64,000 bases of DNA from Octopus vulgaris (taxonomy: Eukaryota). Under the pieces are notes generated by a model. It was not told the origin of the DNA and ran no database searches. It saw only the letters and a list, made by a program, of their open reading frames with translations. Positions 12,801 to 26,706 of the stretch are shown here, piece by piece. Where the stretch lies: contig OX597822.1 in assembly GCA_951406725.2 (NCBI GenBank), forward strand, positions 13,330,001 through 13,394,000, given 5' to 3'. Positions within the stretch are counted from its first letter, which is position 1. Each line of letters begins with the position of its first letter. The position numbers and the translations under genes were made by a program.

Positions 12801-13658
12801 CGCACACACATACATATAAATATACACATACATGTATATGTAAATTTATATCAATATTAATATTTGCTTTAAGTAAATTTATGAATATAAAACAATTTAC
12901 TTCCTAATTTTAGTAGATAACGTATTAAATACATTTTACAAGGAAGGTTTCACTGTGACTTCCAAGTCTCGACCGGCTTGCCGTTATTTGATGGCAATGA
13001 GGTCATTATCATCATTTTCTTCGCAAGAAATAACGTATGTATGTATTTATGTATGTATGTATGCATGTATGTATGTATGTATGTATGTACGTATGTATGT
13101 ATGTATGTGTATATGTGCGTGTGTTTGCTTGTATATATTACATATATATGTGTGTACTGGGGGCGTATGTGTGTACATGTTTTTACATATGTGCATACAT
13201 ATATACATGTATATATGTGTGTGTGTGTCTATGTATATACACCTTTATAAGAATATACATACATATACGTGTTTATATGTATATATATACATATATGTAT
13301 ATATATATATACTTATGTATATATATGTATGCATATATATATGTATGTATGTATAAAATCATGCACATATATAGGTCAATCAAGATATCGACTCCTCCAT
13401 CCTGCACTCTACACAAACAAGCAGATGTCAACCATACAAAAGCTTTTTTCCACTAAGAATATCATAGAAGACAAAACAGTAAGAGCGCCATTGAAGAGTT
13501 CTAAAGCAAAACATTGCACATGCAGCTGACTCGTTAGTGCTTACTGATGCATACGTAAATATAGTTTCTTTAAGTTCCATCTATGCATTACCGGATGTTT
13601 TTTGTTTACACAAACACAAAATGATATAGGCCTCGCATTATATTTGTGTGTGCGTACG

Positions 13659-13691
<33 letters not shown>

Positions 13692-14229
13692 GCATGTGGA
13701 TGATGAATGTTTATACACATACACACTCACATATATGTGTGTGTGTATTTGCACACAGATATGTACGAAGTGTGTAGAATGTGCGTATGTTTAATCTGTG
13801 GTTCCTTATATGTATATGGTTGTGTCTGCGAGTTGCTTGTATAAGAACATATGTGAACATACGCTTGTGATTGCGTATATACATAGATATATGTGGGGGG
13901 GAGAGTGTGTGTATATATATATATGTGTGTGTGTGCGTGTGTGTGTATTGATGGATTTATGTATGCGTGTGTGTAAGCATGCGAGTTTGTTTAAATATTT
14001 CCTATATAATGCGGGAGTTTAGTTTGAAGTATTTGTTTTTTTTCAATTCCCAACTGCACAAACATTCCAGCAAAATTCAAAGAAAAATAAATTCGTATAA
14101 CTCAAAACACTTCATTTGTGGTATTTTGTGTGTGAGTATGTCTCTGCCTGTTTGTATGTATAAGTGCATATGTATAAATGTGCTTGCATATATATATATA
14201 CGTATATTTAAGAAGTAAAATTCACACAC

Positions 14230-15120
14230 TTGACATAGTTTTAATATATTTTAAATGGAAGACTATTATGGCTGTCGACCGGTTCCGCTTTCGCTGATCA
14301 GGACATTGAAATAATCGTGATTTCGTATTTTTTTAGAAGATTTTAGTCCATGTTATTGTATGAAAGATTGTGAATGAATCATCAAGTAGAGAAATATAAG
14401 CGGGTGTAATTGGTGATAGGAGATGTGATTTCTCATTGTTTGGGTGGGATAAATAACCATACAAAAATTAATGAGCTAAAGTAGTGAGATGAAATATTTA
14501 CAATATTGGATATGTGATCATAAATTAAAATACATACTCAGACAAAAGTTGGTTCTGCGTTCATATTTAAGTGTGTTCTGTATTTTTCGATAAATATTTT
14601 TTCTTTATTTAAACGTTCTGTACAGAAATTGTTTCTTTGCACTGGTAGATGGGGTAACGGAAATTTGGTTGGAGATTCCCGGCACACGTCTCTTTGCGTT
14701 TATTCAAAGTTATCTGTCTATGCCTTTGGAAATACCTCTGTTCCTTATGTAGTATGGTTGTCCGACTAGGTGACATACTTGTCTGCCCTATATAGTTGGG
14801 TCCACCATCTGAACAATTTATAACATAAATTAAGTTCTCGGATACGCAGGTGAAGTTAGTTTTCATTGTGAACATCCCTCCTTGTTTGAATTGTAATTCT
14901 GAGCCTTTCAGTAGGTTGGGGTATGTTCCACGTCCACACTTTTTAACCATTGGTTTCGAGGTTGTTGTGTATAACTTTGCATTTTTCATTATTCTTTTCA
15001 GTTATTTAGGTTGCTTTTTATATTTCGTGAATTTATTTCCTCAGAATGTTAAATATGTTTAATCTTGGCGTACCTGTTGACGAAGACTTCGCCTAGCAAA
15101 TTATTTTATTTGCTAAAATA
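14230..15120 (-). mobile_element. Penelope-like retroelement 3' remnant (GIY-YIG endonuclease)
   Basis: ORF 14609-14989: NFTCVSENLIYVINCSDGGPNYIGQT; C-terminus FIEKYRTHLN; decayed hammerhead at 14274-14304 (GUC-CUGAUCA-GC GAAA GC-GGAA-CCGG-UC-GAC). Confidence 0.8.
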
Positions 15121-15385
15121 AGTAAAAAACCATGGTCCAGGAAATAGATGGTAAATGTCTTTATTGTTTCATTCCCTTCGAGAATTTATTTCTAATTAGG
15201 GGTTTGGACTTTAGCTGTTCTTTCTAGCGTAAGGGATTCCTATGTTGGAAACCTCTTAATGTGTTTAAATATACACTGTATTTTATATGAAGAATATCTA
15301 GTCTATTGACAAATTTTTCTGTACGCTAGGCCACTGGTAATAAAAATTTCTATAATCTTTATTACTCTGATATTATTAATTATAT

Positions 15386-15473
<88 letters not shown>

Positions 15474-15798
15474 GTGTATATATGTATATATATGTGTTTT
15501 TTGTCTTTTTTCTGTACATATTCGCTAGATTTCTTACAAAGGGGTTTAATGCTCTTAGCTTAGACATTGGGGAGGGTGCAACAAGATCCAAATATCTCAA
15601 GTGTAACTGCCCGAAATGGTCGTGACTTCTGGAACTTGACTGAGGAAAGACAGTCACGAATAACCCGTCTTTTTGTTTTGCATGTCCTTCTAATAGTTGT
15701 TTCTCCTGTCTGCCTTTGTATCGTTTACTTGTCCAAATGTTTTAATGCCCTCTATTGTGTTTTTCTTCCATTTATATATATATGTATGTGTGTGTGTG

Positions 15799-15837
<39 letters not shown>

Positions 15838-16065
15838 ATATATATACAGAGAGAGATTGCGTCTGTGTATGTATGTGTATGTGTCTATATGAACACATTC
15901 CTACAGACACATAGGCGCATATAAATTTGCGTGTGTGTGTGGATGTTTGAGTGTACGAGTGTGTTGATGAATGTATCTATAAAGCATTAAAATAAATGAC
16001 ATTTGTGCCACAAAAAATGAATGCACTTTTGCAGATTGCTTTATTTAATTGTATCTGTATATACA

Positions 16066-16403
16066 CTACATACATGCATAAATAAATACACATATACATA
16101 CAAACATAAATACATACATACAGACATACATACATACCTGCATACATACATACATACATACATACCTGCATACATACATACAGACATACATACATACATA
16201 CCTGCATACATACATACAGACATACATACATAAATACCTGCACACATACATGCATACATACATACGTACATACATACATACATACCTGCAAACATACATA
16301 CATACATACATACATACATGCAAACATACCTGCATACATACATACATACATACATACATACATACATACATACATACAGACATACATACATACATACATA
16401 CAA
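16066..16403. repeat. (CATA)n microsatellite with periodic CCTG/CAGA variants
   Basis: Seen directly in the sequence. Confidence 0.9.
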
Positions 16404-17693
16404 CCAAACATCAACTCCACTGGTATTTTCAAATCTTGAACAGATTTCGTCATTCCATTAATGCCAGCCTGCTAACCATTCAAATGCATTTTTTAATGCC
16501 ACGTTTATAAACTTCAGTTCATTCTATGCGAAAGAAATAAAACAAAAACGAAATGAAATAAATGGTAAAAATAAAGGTATTGGAATGTCAGAATTCGACG
16601 AAATTGCTGCTGTTCCTATAAATCTTAGAAATTACTACAGTGCCATACATCTGTGTCGAAATCTCACCGAGTTTGCCTTTCTGTAGAATTATTGCAGACT
16701 TTAAACAAAGCATGCGATAGTGAAGTGGACGTTAAGATAATTAATATAATGTAGTTAGAAATTTTAATTAACTAAAATTATCTTGGCCTCAATCTTGGCA
16801 GTCTCAGCGGGCATCCGAAGACCATCGACTCAGTTCTTTCCATCAGACGAAACTTATTAAAGCATTATATAATAAAGAGAGACAATCATAATTTCAATGA
16901 TTAAATGTGGTGAGGAAAGGCAGACGAAGCAATCCCAGGAATTTTAATTAATTAAGATTCTTTAAAAATAGAATGAAGCCAGGAATTTAATCGTATCTTA
17001 GTATCAAGATAAAATTAGGATATATTTCTATGTTTCCTCCTTTTTAAAACTCATCAGTGAATTATAGTCAAATGGCTTGTTCAAGATGGTAGTAAGAATG
17101 AAGAGAAAATATAGCATTATACATTCCTGAAGCTATATGTAGGTGCATGTGTGTGTGTGTATGTGTGTTTGTTTGTTTGCGCGCATGTGTGTGCGTGTCT
17201 GTTCGTGCATGTGTGGGTGACCTCTTCAGTGACTCTTCCATCCCACGTGTCTCCTCCTCTTTTATATATAATAATTTACTGTTTCTTTATGGTAAAATTA
17301 ACAAAACTATAACTACGCCAACCTGTGTGAGTTAGATATCATTTAATATACATTATATTAAGTAACATCTACTGATAGGTCTTTGCAATGAAAATACGTG
17401 GCTAGTGAAGGTTTTTATAACTTGCCTAGCAAGAACCTATTAGTGTCATCATAGCAAGAATCTATCAATAGATCATATTTAACCTGTCGCCATATTTGAT
17501 CGCTAAATCCACACGTTTTTGTATATTCTCTCTCTGTTTATTTTCTCTTATCTGTTTCTGTTGAAGAGCCTAGGCTCAAAATATAAAAGACTTTCTCACT
17601 TTCCCAAGCGTCAGTCAAATACACCTGCTTGTTGTCCATAGACCTATCTTCGTCTTTTGTTTTTCTGTAAATTTCAACTATATGTGTGTGTGT

Positions 17694-17738
<45 letters not shown>

Positions 17739-17748
17739 CGTGTGTGTG

Positions 17749-18019
17749 TGATCTCTTGTGAAAGGTAAGAGAGTCCAGTTTGCTGGACATTGTTGTAGAG
17801 CTGAAAAAGAGGTAATTTCTACTCTTCTCCTCTGGAAGCCATCTACTCGCAATACCAGAGGGCGCACACTCTCCTACCCTGATGTAATCTCCAGGGATAC
17901 AGGCATCAAGCAACAGGACCTCAGTAATGCCATGATGGACCGTGAAGTCTGGCGTAGCATGGTAAATTCCATTGTCTCGACCACGGTCGAACAATGATGA
18001 TGATGATGATGATGATGAT
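17749..18019 (+). mobile_element. RTE-clade LINE 3' end with (TGA)n tail
   Basis: ORF 17758-17997 QFAGHCCRA...RGRTLSYPDVISRDTG...AMMDREVWR*, typical RTE C-terminus, directly followed by (tga)n. Confidence 0.82.
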
Positions 18020-18075
18020 GTGTGTGTGTGCGTGTGCGTGTGTGTGTGTGCGTGTGCGTGTGTGTGTGTGTATAA

Positions 18076-18330
18076 AGGGAACAGCTTGCTTGTGAAATTA
18101 ACGTGCAAGTGGCTGAGCATTCCACAGACACTTGTAAATTTAACGTAGTTCTCAGGGAGATTCAGCATGACACAGAGTGTGACAAGGCTGGCCTCTTTGA
18201 AATACAGGAACTACTCATTTTTGAAACGTGAAATAAAGTGTCTTGCTGACGGACACAACGCGTCGCCGGGAATTGAACCCACGACGTTACGATCGTGAGC
18301 CGATTGCCCCAACCACTAAGCTACGTGCCT
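18076..18330 (-). mobile_element. SINE family C copy
   Basis: Head ggcacgtagcttagtggttgg...gggttcaattccc on the minus strand; body matches 130-260. Confidence 0.8.
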
Positions 18331-18504
18331 TCGCACACACATACACACACAAACACACACACACAAACACATACACACACAAACACACACACACAAACAC
18401 ATACACACACAAACACACAGACACACGCACACACACATATATATATACATATATAACTAGTTATAAAATTTCAAGGATAGAGTAGTAACTTATACTAAAC
18501 AGTA

Positions 18505-18990
18505 TGGTGAATCTCCACATCAAAATGGCAGTTGAATGTTACATCTCGTTTAACCCCAGGCAGATTCTCCGCCAGCTGGTTTTCGGTGCAACACCCTGCA
18601 CTCTTTATATACAATACATCACTCGCTTTCCTCTATATCATATGTGACTACTTTATTCTTTCTTGAGATTTTACGACTAGTTACTTTCCTTGATACAAAT
18701 TAATGTCCGATGGTCACTTTATTTACGATATATCGATGGCAGAAGCGGACCTTAGCTATCACTCCAAGGAGCAGGTTTGCGCAGCTGAGGATTCGTCAAA
18801 TAGCTCGAAATTGGGCCAGTTCTGGGATCCTGTTAGCTGCTGGAGAGAGGTAGGAGTTCGCTCCCCCTGCTAGCGATGTATTATATATAAAGGGTGTAGA
18901 ACGCTGCAACGAAAACCAGCTGGCGGAGAATCTGCCTGGGGTTAAACTAGTGGTGACATTTAACTGCCAATTTGACGTGGCTACTCGCTT

Positions 18991-18995
<5 letters not shown>
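18505..18995. repeat. Element with about 120-bp inverted arms and a decayed central hammerhead
   Basis: gtttaaccccaggcagattctccgccagctggttttcg (about 18548-18585) is inverted at about 18910-18947; CAG-CUGAGGA..GAAA-UUGGGCCAG-UU-CUG at 18782-18824. Confidence 0.7.
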
Positions 18996-19033
<38 letters not shown>

Positions 19034-19036
<3 letters not shown>

Positions 19037-19700
19037 GGTGCGATGAATAAATTGTCATCTAAATTACGCAAAAATGGAAATAGTACTGACATCTTGTTTT
19101 ATCAGGTATATTTACCAAAATTACATAAAAAATATCTTCAAATACTAAAGAGTAGATTTATTCAATAAAATAACCATTGGCTATAATAAAGTCCTCCAGA
19201 CGACTTTCGAATCGCCTGAAACTCTTCTGGACAGTCTCCTTTATGTTGGTGAATGCTGCCATAATCCTTGCCTTCAGTTCATCTTTGATGTTACGCGGAG
19301 TTTTGTTGTTAGTCTTTCGGTCAAATGCACCCCACACATAATAATCAAAGGGGTTGAGGTCTGGGGAGTTAGGTGGCCAGATGTTAGGGCTGATGTGGTC
19401 GCAGAAATTATCTGACAGCCAGGATTGGATTCTCCTGCTTGTGTGGCATGGTACAGAGTCTTGTTGCCAGACATAGGGTCTTCCAGCAGCTACCCTCTTG
19501 ACTCAGGGCAGCACTACCTCTTCCAGGTACTTGATGTAGGCCTCCGTGTTGAGTCTGAGGCCATGTGGGAAGATGAATGGCAGCATAACCTCACCATCAC
19601 TAGTGATAACTCCAAACACCATAATGTCGACTCGGTGTTTGATTTGTATCATTCTCGGTTGTTCTGTGTGTTCAACATCTGATCCTAGCGGAATTTTTTC
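19034..19700 (-). mobile_element. maT/DD37D transposon 3' half with terminal repeat
   Basis: IMVFGVITSDG...YVWQQD-(37 aa)-NIWPPNSPDLNPFDYYVWG; spacing counted as D37D; terminus TA|CAGGGTG in a (TA)n tract. Confidence 0.87.
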
Positions 19701-19750
19701 TCGTCTGAGAAAAACCAAAGCATGTTCGGTTGGAGGGGGATGCTTCAATA

Positions 19751-21005
19751 TATCAGGTCATCCCATAAGTTCTGTCCGATTTTACTTCTTTTAAATTTGA
19801 ATGAAATTTAATAATATTTTAGAATGTCTAATGGAATTAAAAATTATTGTTATGCATTTGTGTACATTTAAACTAATTAAATATTATTTTACAGAATAGT
19901 AGAATTAAAATTTCTTTGATAAAAGCCCTTTCTAACATGGAAGTATCCAAAGAGCATTTGAGGCACATAATGCTTCATGAGTACAAAAAAGGAAACTCTG
20001 CAGCCGAAGCGACTCGAAGAATGAAAGAACTTGCAGAAGATGGTTTGCAAATTTCAGAAGTGGAGATTTCAGCCTTGAAGATCGAACAGGACGTCCAGAT
20101 GAGTTTGATGATAAGCTCCTTGAGGAAAGAAAGAAAATCTTGCATTATCAGTGGAAGAATTGGCAATAAAGCTTAGTTCAAACCACACAACTGTTCATCA
20201 TCACCTTCAACAACTTGGAAAGGTTCCTAAACTTGGAAAATTGGTGCCTCACGAATTGTCCGAAAGCAACCGCAAATTCCGAGTTGACATCTGCTCTTCT
20301 CTCCATTCTCGCGAACTCATTTCACCCTTTTTGGATAGATTTGTGACTGGTGACGAAAAATGGATCTTCTATCGAAATGTTAAACGTCGTAATCAGTGGC
20401 TTGGTAAAAAGGAAAAAGCTCAACCACAACCGAGAAGGGAACTTCATGGAAAAAAGATTCTTCTCTCTATTTGGTGAGATTGCAAAGGAGTAATTCACTT
20501 TGAATTGTTACCACCTAATGCAACAATCAATGCTTAAGTCTACTGTCAGCAACTAGAGCGTTTGAACCAAGCTTTGAAGAAAAAAAAAGACCCACTTAAG
20601 TGAATCGAAACGGAGTGATATTTCATCAGGACAATGCGCGACCCCACACTGCAAAGATCACATCACAGAAGATCGAAGAGCTTGGTTGCGAAAAAGTTCC
20701 TCATCTACCTTATTCTCCCGTCTTTGTTCCTTCAGACTACCATTTGTTTCGTAGTTTACAGAATCATTTGGGGGGGGGGCATAACTTTCGAAGCCAGGAG
20801 GAGGTTAAAACTGATATTTCGGAGTTCTTCGCTTTGAAACCAAAAGACTTTTACATTGATGGGATTTAAAAGCTTGTAAATAGATGGAAGTAAGTCATAG
20901 ATAATCAGGGAAAGTACATTGATGATTACATTTCAATTAAATATAACGTTTGATCACTTCTTTTCTCTATTCAAATTCGGACAGAACTTATGGGATGATC
21001 TGATC
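19751..21005 (+). mobile_element. Decayed mariner (DD34D) element with about 29-bp TIRs
   Basis: TIRs tatcaggtcatcccataagttctgtccga / tcggacagaacttatgggatgatctgatc. Transposase pieces HLRHIMLHEYKKG, LVPHEL, VTGDEKW, HQDNARPH, PYSP...SDYHLF with stops and frameshifts. Confidence 0.93.
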
Positions 21006-21356
21006 ATTTATTTTCAAGAGCTGAGAAATGTATGATGCATGTATGTATATATTTAAATACGTAATGTATGTCTCGTAATCTGCGTATATACTTACCAACG
21101 TAATGTATTTATCAACAACTACGCGACTATAGATTTTCCATGTTTTAATCAAAGTATTTCAGGATCATGCCTCATAGCTGACCAGGACTAAATACCAGTA
21201 ACAAACTCACAGTTCAAGAAGTTATCCTTCGAAGTGTCATTCTCTCTACCAGAAATGATAACAAAATGCCACTCAAAATTACAGCTTACCGTCTAAAAGA
21301 AGATAAACAAACTGCGGGTTATGAAGTTCAGAATGACTGAAGTCTGAAAGAATGCA

Positions 21357-21375
21357 GTAGTAGTAGTAGTGGTGT

Positions 21376-21446
<71 letters not shown>

Positions 21447-21470
21447 CCACCACCACCACCACCACCACCA
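21357..21470. repeat. (TAG)n(CAC)n compound microsatellite
   Basis: Seen directly in the sequence. Confidence 0.9.
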
Positions 21471-21685
21471 GTGGTTGTGTAAGTGTGTGTGTATGAGTAT
21501 ATAGTGAAATGGAGCAAGAAATTATAACACAAAATCAGCCACCATTAAAATCACACAAATACAAGCACAGACACATTAGCATACAACTATATGTACATAC
21601 ACACAGACATGCACACATAGATACACGAACACACGCATTCGTACAAACACATGCATACACACACGCATGCATACACACACATACG

Positions 21686-21716
<31 letters not shown>

Positions 21717-21808
21717 GCATACAAACATATTTATACATACATAATGCATACACGTATACTTAATACAAACATGTGTACATCCTTACAAACATACATACAC
21801 ATATTTAC

Positions 21809-21851
<43 letters not shown>

Positions 21852-22139
21852 CATATGTATGTGTATATATACATATACACATATATACACATTCACACAT
21901 TCATATGTATATATATGCACACATGATACATCCATGCATACATACAACCAAATATACATACAAACACATGCATATATGTATAGAGTGCAGTACAATGAAG
22001 GCATTTATGTTCACACACAATTCTAAGGTCTGCCTGAAACGTGTGAATACACGGAGGCCACCGAGTGTGGAAATTGTCGAAATTCTTATCGTCTCATCTC
22101 CTCTCGTTAATCGCTCATAATATTAGATGTCAGGTATTC

Positions 22140-22174
22140 CATCATCATCATCATCGTCATCATCATCGTCGTCG

Positions 22175-22212
<38 letters not shown>

Positions 22213-22297
22213 TGCATCATCATCATCATCATCTTCTTCTTCAGCATCATCATCGTTGTCATCGTTATCATTACCATCATCATAGCTCTTATCATCG

Positions 22298-22340
<43 letters not shown>

Positions 22341-22341
22341 T
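22140..22341. repeat. (CAT)n microsatellite
   Basis: Seen directly; source of the poly-His and poly-Met ORFs. Confidence 0.9.
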
Positions 22342-22407
22342 ATCCCCGATATTGTCTCCGATATTGATGTTGCTGACAGAACATATAACTCTGTGTGTGT
22401 GCGTACA

Positions 22408-22447
<40 letters not shown>

Positions 22448-22567
22448 AGTGCATTAATCTATAAATTAGAAACGCATAAGATTTGTGAAAGAAAGATGGC
22501 TTCACTCGAACCCGGTGGCAAACCAGACGCACACGTGCACACATTCATACATAGCTATCATACATCC

Positions 22568-22633
<66 letters not shown>

Positions 22634-22644
22634 GTATCTATCTA

Positions 22645-22725
<81 letters not shown>

Positions 22726-22748
22726 GTAACGGAACAGTAAACTGTGTC

Positions 22749-22789
<41 letters not shown>

Positions 22790-23973
22790 TACGTTTAATT
22801 ATCTGTGTGTTTATTTCATCATGTGTTTTTTACGTCATACGCTTCTGCATTTTATATATTTTTGATAAATTTGGTTTTATCCTTTTCTTCTATTGATGCT
22901 GTCTAATACGTTAATAATGTATTTTCTTCTCTCCGTGAGATGTTATGGCATTTCCAAGACACACAAAAGAAACCTGTTTCTTAAACAAAATTCTCGATCG
23001 AGAAAGCGATAACTGGATCATACTGAAATATGACAAAAACAAACAGAAGTTCATTTACCAATAAACACACACACACACACATACATACACAGAAAATCTC
23101 CTACATATACACTCGCTCGCACGTATAAGTCACCATATTGAATAAACATATTTCTACTCCTATACACGCATAGAAACAAGTGTAAGTCACAATGATTAAG
23201 AACTTCAGTTCATAGCAAAGCTCATTCACACACACACATACACACGCACACACAAACATACATATTGCACATAATCATGCGTGCATACAAACATGTATAC
23301 ATACATACGTAGAAATATACACATATACATATATACACACGCACTTACACACACACACACACACATACATACATGCATGCACACATATACACATACACAC
23401 ATAGAAATTATATTATGTTAGAGGGAAAAGCAAATCCAAGGCAGAACGTGTGTTTCAAGTCATTTAGAATAATTTAATTAGGGTAAGGTGAATATGAAGC
23501 CTTACAGCTGTTTCTGTGATAACATAAGTGGCTAGTTAGCCTATGAGACCTACGTCTATACTAATACAGCTATCCATCTACGAAGCTAGAAAACTAGCTA
23601 AACAGATAAATAGATAGATAGATATATAGATAGATAGATAGATTGATTGATAGATAGATAGATACATGTATACATACATACATACGTACATACATACATA
23701 TATACATATGTTGTGCAGATGACGACATTTGAGCTCGAAACAAATGTAATCTCCTGTCTTTTAATATCAGAAGAGAAGCCTGCTCTTTTCTTTCATGGAG
23801 CGTAGGTTTAGGAAGGAATGCTGAATTTTGAAAATATTTCCACTTCGAGAGTGAAGCTTGCCTTGATTGTCATTTAATTGTTAAGAGTGGAAGGCATAAC
23901 GTTAATAAATCAAGAAATTTTGTCGTATCTTATTTCACGTAATTGTATTTGCCCCACCCACCTCTCTCTCTTT

Positions 23974-24048
<75 letters not shown>

Positions 24049-24424
24049 ATCCAAACAAGAAAACACAAGAAAACACAACAACGCGAGGACGTGGAACAAA
24101 TATAGAATTATTGGACGCTCATGAAAGAAGGGAAGAAGGAGGGTTTACATACACACACATAGGCACTCAATCTCATTGGCAAAGCAAACAACAACGCATC
24201 ACCATACATACGACTTGCACTCTGTCACCCCCTATTCTTAGAACCTGCCCCTTCCAACCATTTTTGAACTCTTGAACTTTTTAGAATCTTATCCATCCAA
24301 CCAAGTTTGACGTCACTGCTTATAACGGAATATTTTAAAGAAACACTCATTATCATTATGGACTCCGTGTGGGCAGTCATCTAAAAGCTTTTGTTCGTCA
24401 TGATGCTGACATAAGTTCCTTGTC

Positions 24425-24505
24425 TTTCCTGATGAGAAGACGGCATAATGCACCCTTTATTCCTTCGGAATTAAGAATATGCACTCTTCGAAACATATGT
24501 CGAGA
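24425..24505 (+). ncRNA. Type I hammerhead ribozyme motif, intact core, long stem II
   Basis: UUUC-CUGAUGA-GAAGA..GCAUA...UAUGC..UCUUC-GAAA-CAUAUG-UC-GAGA. Confidence 0.85.
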
Positions 24506-24703
24506 ATAAAGGAATTTTGTTAAATCGTCGGTCGACTCCATTCTTTCATTTATCTATAGTAAAAAAAACTCACAAATTTCCACACGAAAGCACGTGATTT
24601 CTGCCCTTGGCATGTAGCTTCAACCGTGCTTTCTGACGTAAATTTGCTACCCGGGTATCGGTTAACCGAATTATCCATACTAGGATAATTCATTCAACTA
24701 CTT

Positions 24704-24761
<58 letters not shown>

Positions 24762-25010
24762 TTAGTAATGCAATACTAGAGTATTGCTTTCCAGTAAAGA
24801 GTAGCCCTTCAGGGAAAAATATACAAAGAAGTAAATATATGGCACAACGAAGTACCGATATTTACTGGAAATAGCGAACGTAATAATACGACGCTAATGT
24901 ATAGCTTCACCGCGTATGTACTGGCAAAAATGCGTGTGTGCAACAAACTAGAAAAAATTGTCTTACCTCCAGGGAGAACAACTGAAAGATGAAATACCTG
25001 GAAAAGGATA

Positions 25011-25091
25011 ATGTGGGACCTGCGCAGGTTTCAGATTTTTCAAGATATGTCTGCTACCCATAAACTTGATATATCTTCATCAGCCAAACAT
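25011..25091 (-). ncRNA. Type I hammerhead ribozyme motif
   Basis: Inverted copy of 25389-25469 with intact core. Confidence 0.85.
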
Positions 25092-25388
25092 ATACCACGA
25101 CAACATTTCAGATGTTACCACATTAATGCCATTACACTCGAAGCTATACATTATCGTCGTATTATTACGTTCGCTATTTCCAGTAAATATCGGTACTTCG
25201 TTGTGCCATATATTTACTTCTTTGTATATTTTTCCCTCAAGGGCTATTCTTTACTGGAAAGCAATACTCTAGTATTGCATTACTAATTTATTGAAACTTC
25301 TTCACCGTTCTCGTGCTGTTAGCGTTTCGGCGTTTCAGTCGAGTGTAATGGCATTAATGTGGGCACATCTGAAAGGTTGTCGTGGTAT

Positions 25389-25469
25389 ATGTTTGGCTGA
25401 TGAAGATAGATCAAGTTTATGGGTGGCAGACATATCTTGAAAAATCTGAAACCTGCGCAGGTCCCACAT
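25389..25469 (+). ncRNA. Type I hammerhead ribozyme motif
   Basis: UGG-CUGAUGA(25397)-AGAU..UCAAG...CUUGA..AUCU-GAAA(25448)-CCUGCGCAGG-UC-CCA. Confidence 0.88.
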
Positions 25470-25651
25470 TATCCTTTTCCAGGTATTTCATCTTTCAGTT
25501 GTTCTCCCTGGAGGTAAGACAATTTTTTCTAGTTTGTTGCACACACGCATTTTTGCTAGTACATACGCGGTGAAGCTATACATTAGCGTCGTATTATTAC
25601 GTTCGCTATTTCCAGTAAATATCGGTACTTCGTTGTGCCATATATTTACTT

Positions 25652-25738
<87 letters not shown>

Positions 25739-25820
25739 TGCATATATATATGTTTATATGTATATATATATGTATACATACATATATATACACATATATA
25801 TGAGTGATTATATGGGTGAC

Positions 25821-25888
<68 letters not shown>

Positions 25889-26347
25889 TGTGTGCGTGTG
25901 TGTGTGTATTTGTGTGTATGTATTTGTGTGTGTATCTGACTTCCAGGTTAGCCTAGATGACTTCATAGAGTTTTACATGAAAGCCGAGTCACACATTACT
26001 AAAACGATGGCTGATCAATTAGGGTTTTGATATAAACACGCACACGCACAGACAGACGCATGCATATACACGCACAAACATACGTATACGCACACGTGTA
26101 CACTCACATTCTGTCACACATAAATATGTGTGTGAGCGTGTATGCGTGTGTGTGTGCATCTGTTTTTACATCTTATATATATATATACATATATATTACA
26201 CACACACATATATATATATTATATATATATATATATATACATACATATATATATGTATATATATATATATATTATAATGAGTATATATGTATGTATCTTT
26301 TCTCTTTTTTCTTATTTTTGTGTGTATATATAAACATGTATATATAC

Positions 26348-26392
<45 letters not shown>

Positions 26393-26399
26393 TACATAC

Positions 26400-26470
<71 letters not shown>

Positions 26471-26706
26471 TATATCATATAGTATATTATATTATATCTT
26501 ATTTTATTATATTATATTATATTACATATAAATATACACACGCATGTATACACATAGACATATTTATTCACATATGGTAAGAGTTAAATACAGATTCAGC
26601 ATTCTTTCTTGGAATCATTTTGAAACTTTTCGCACAGAAGGGGCCGAAAATATTTGCTTTTCATCTTTGCAGTAAACAAAAATAACAGACGATCGCCTTC
26701 ATTTTG

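Larger units (their letters stand above)
24761..25654. mobile_element. Head-to-head hammerhead retroelement, 432-nt unit, in (TA)n
   Basis: 24761-25140 is inverted relative to 25141-25654; direct repeat at 25141 and 25573 gives a 432-nt period; hammerheads at 25011-25091 (-) and 25389-25469 (+). Confidence 0.85.

Noticed and set aside
19700-21030. Mariner nested inside the maT element
   Set aside because: No maT continuation is visible after 21005; only adjacency can be supported.
23485-23590. GAAA-CAGCUG-UA half motif on the minus strand (family also near 41000)
   Set aside because: The upstream core reads CGUAGA in both copies; insufficient support.
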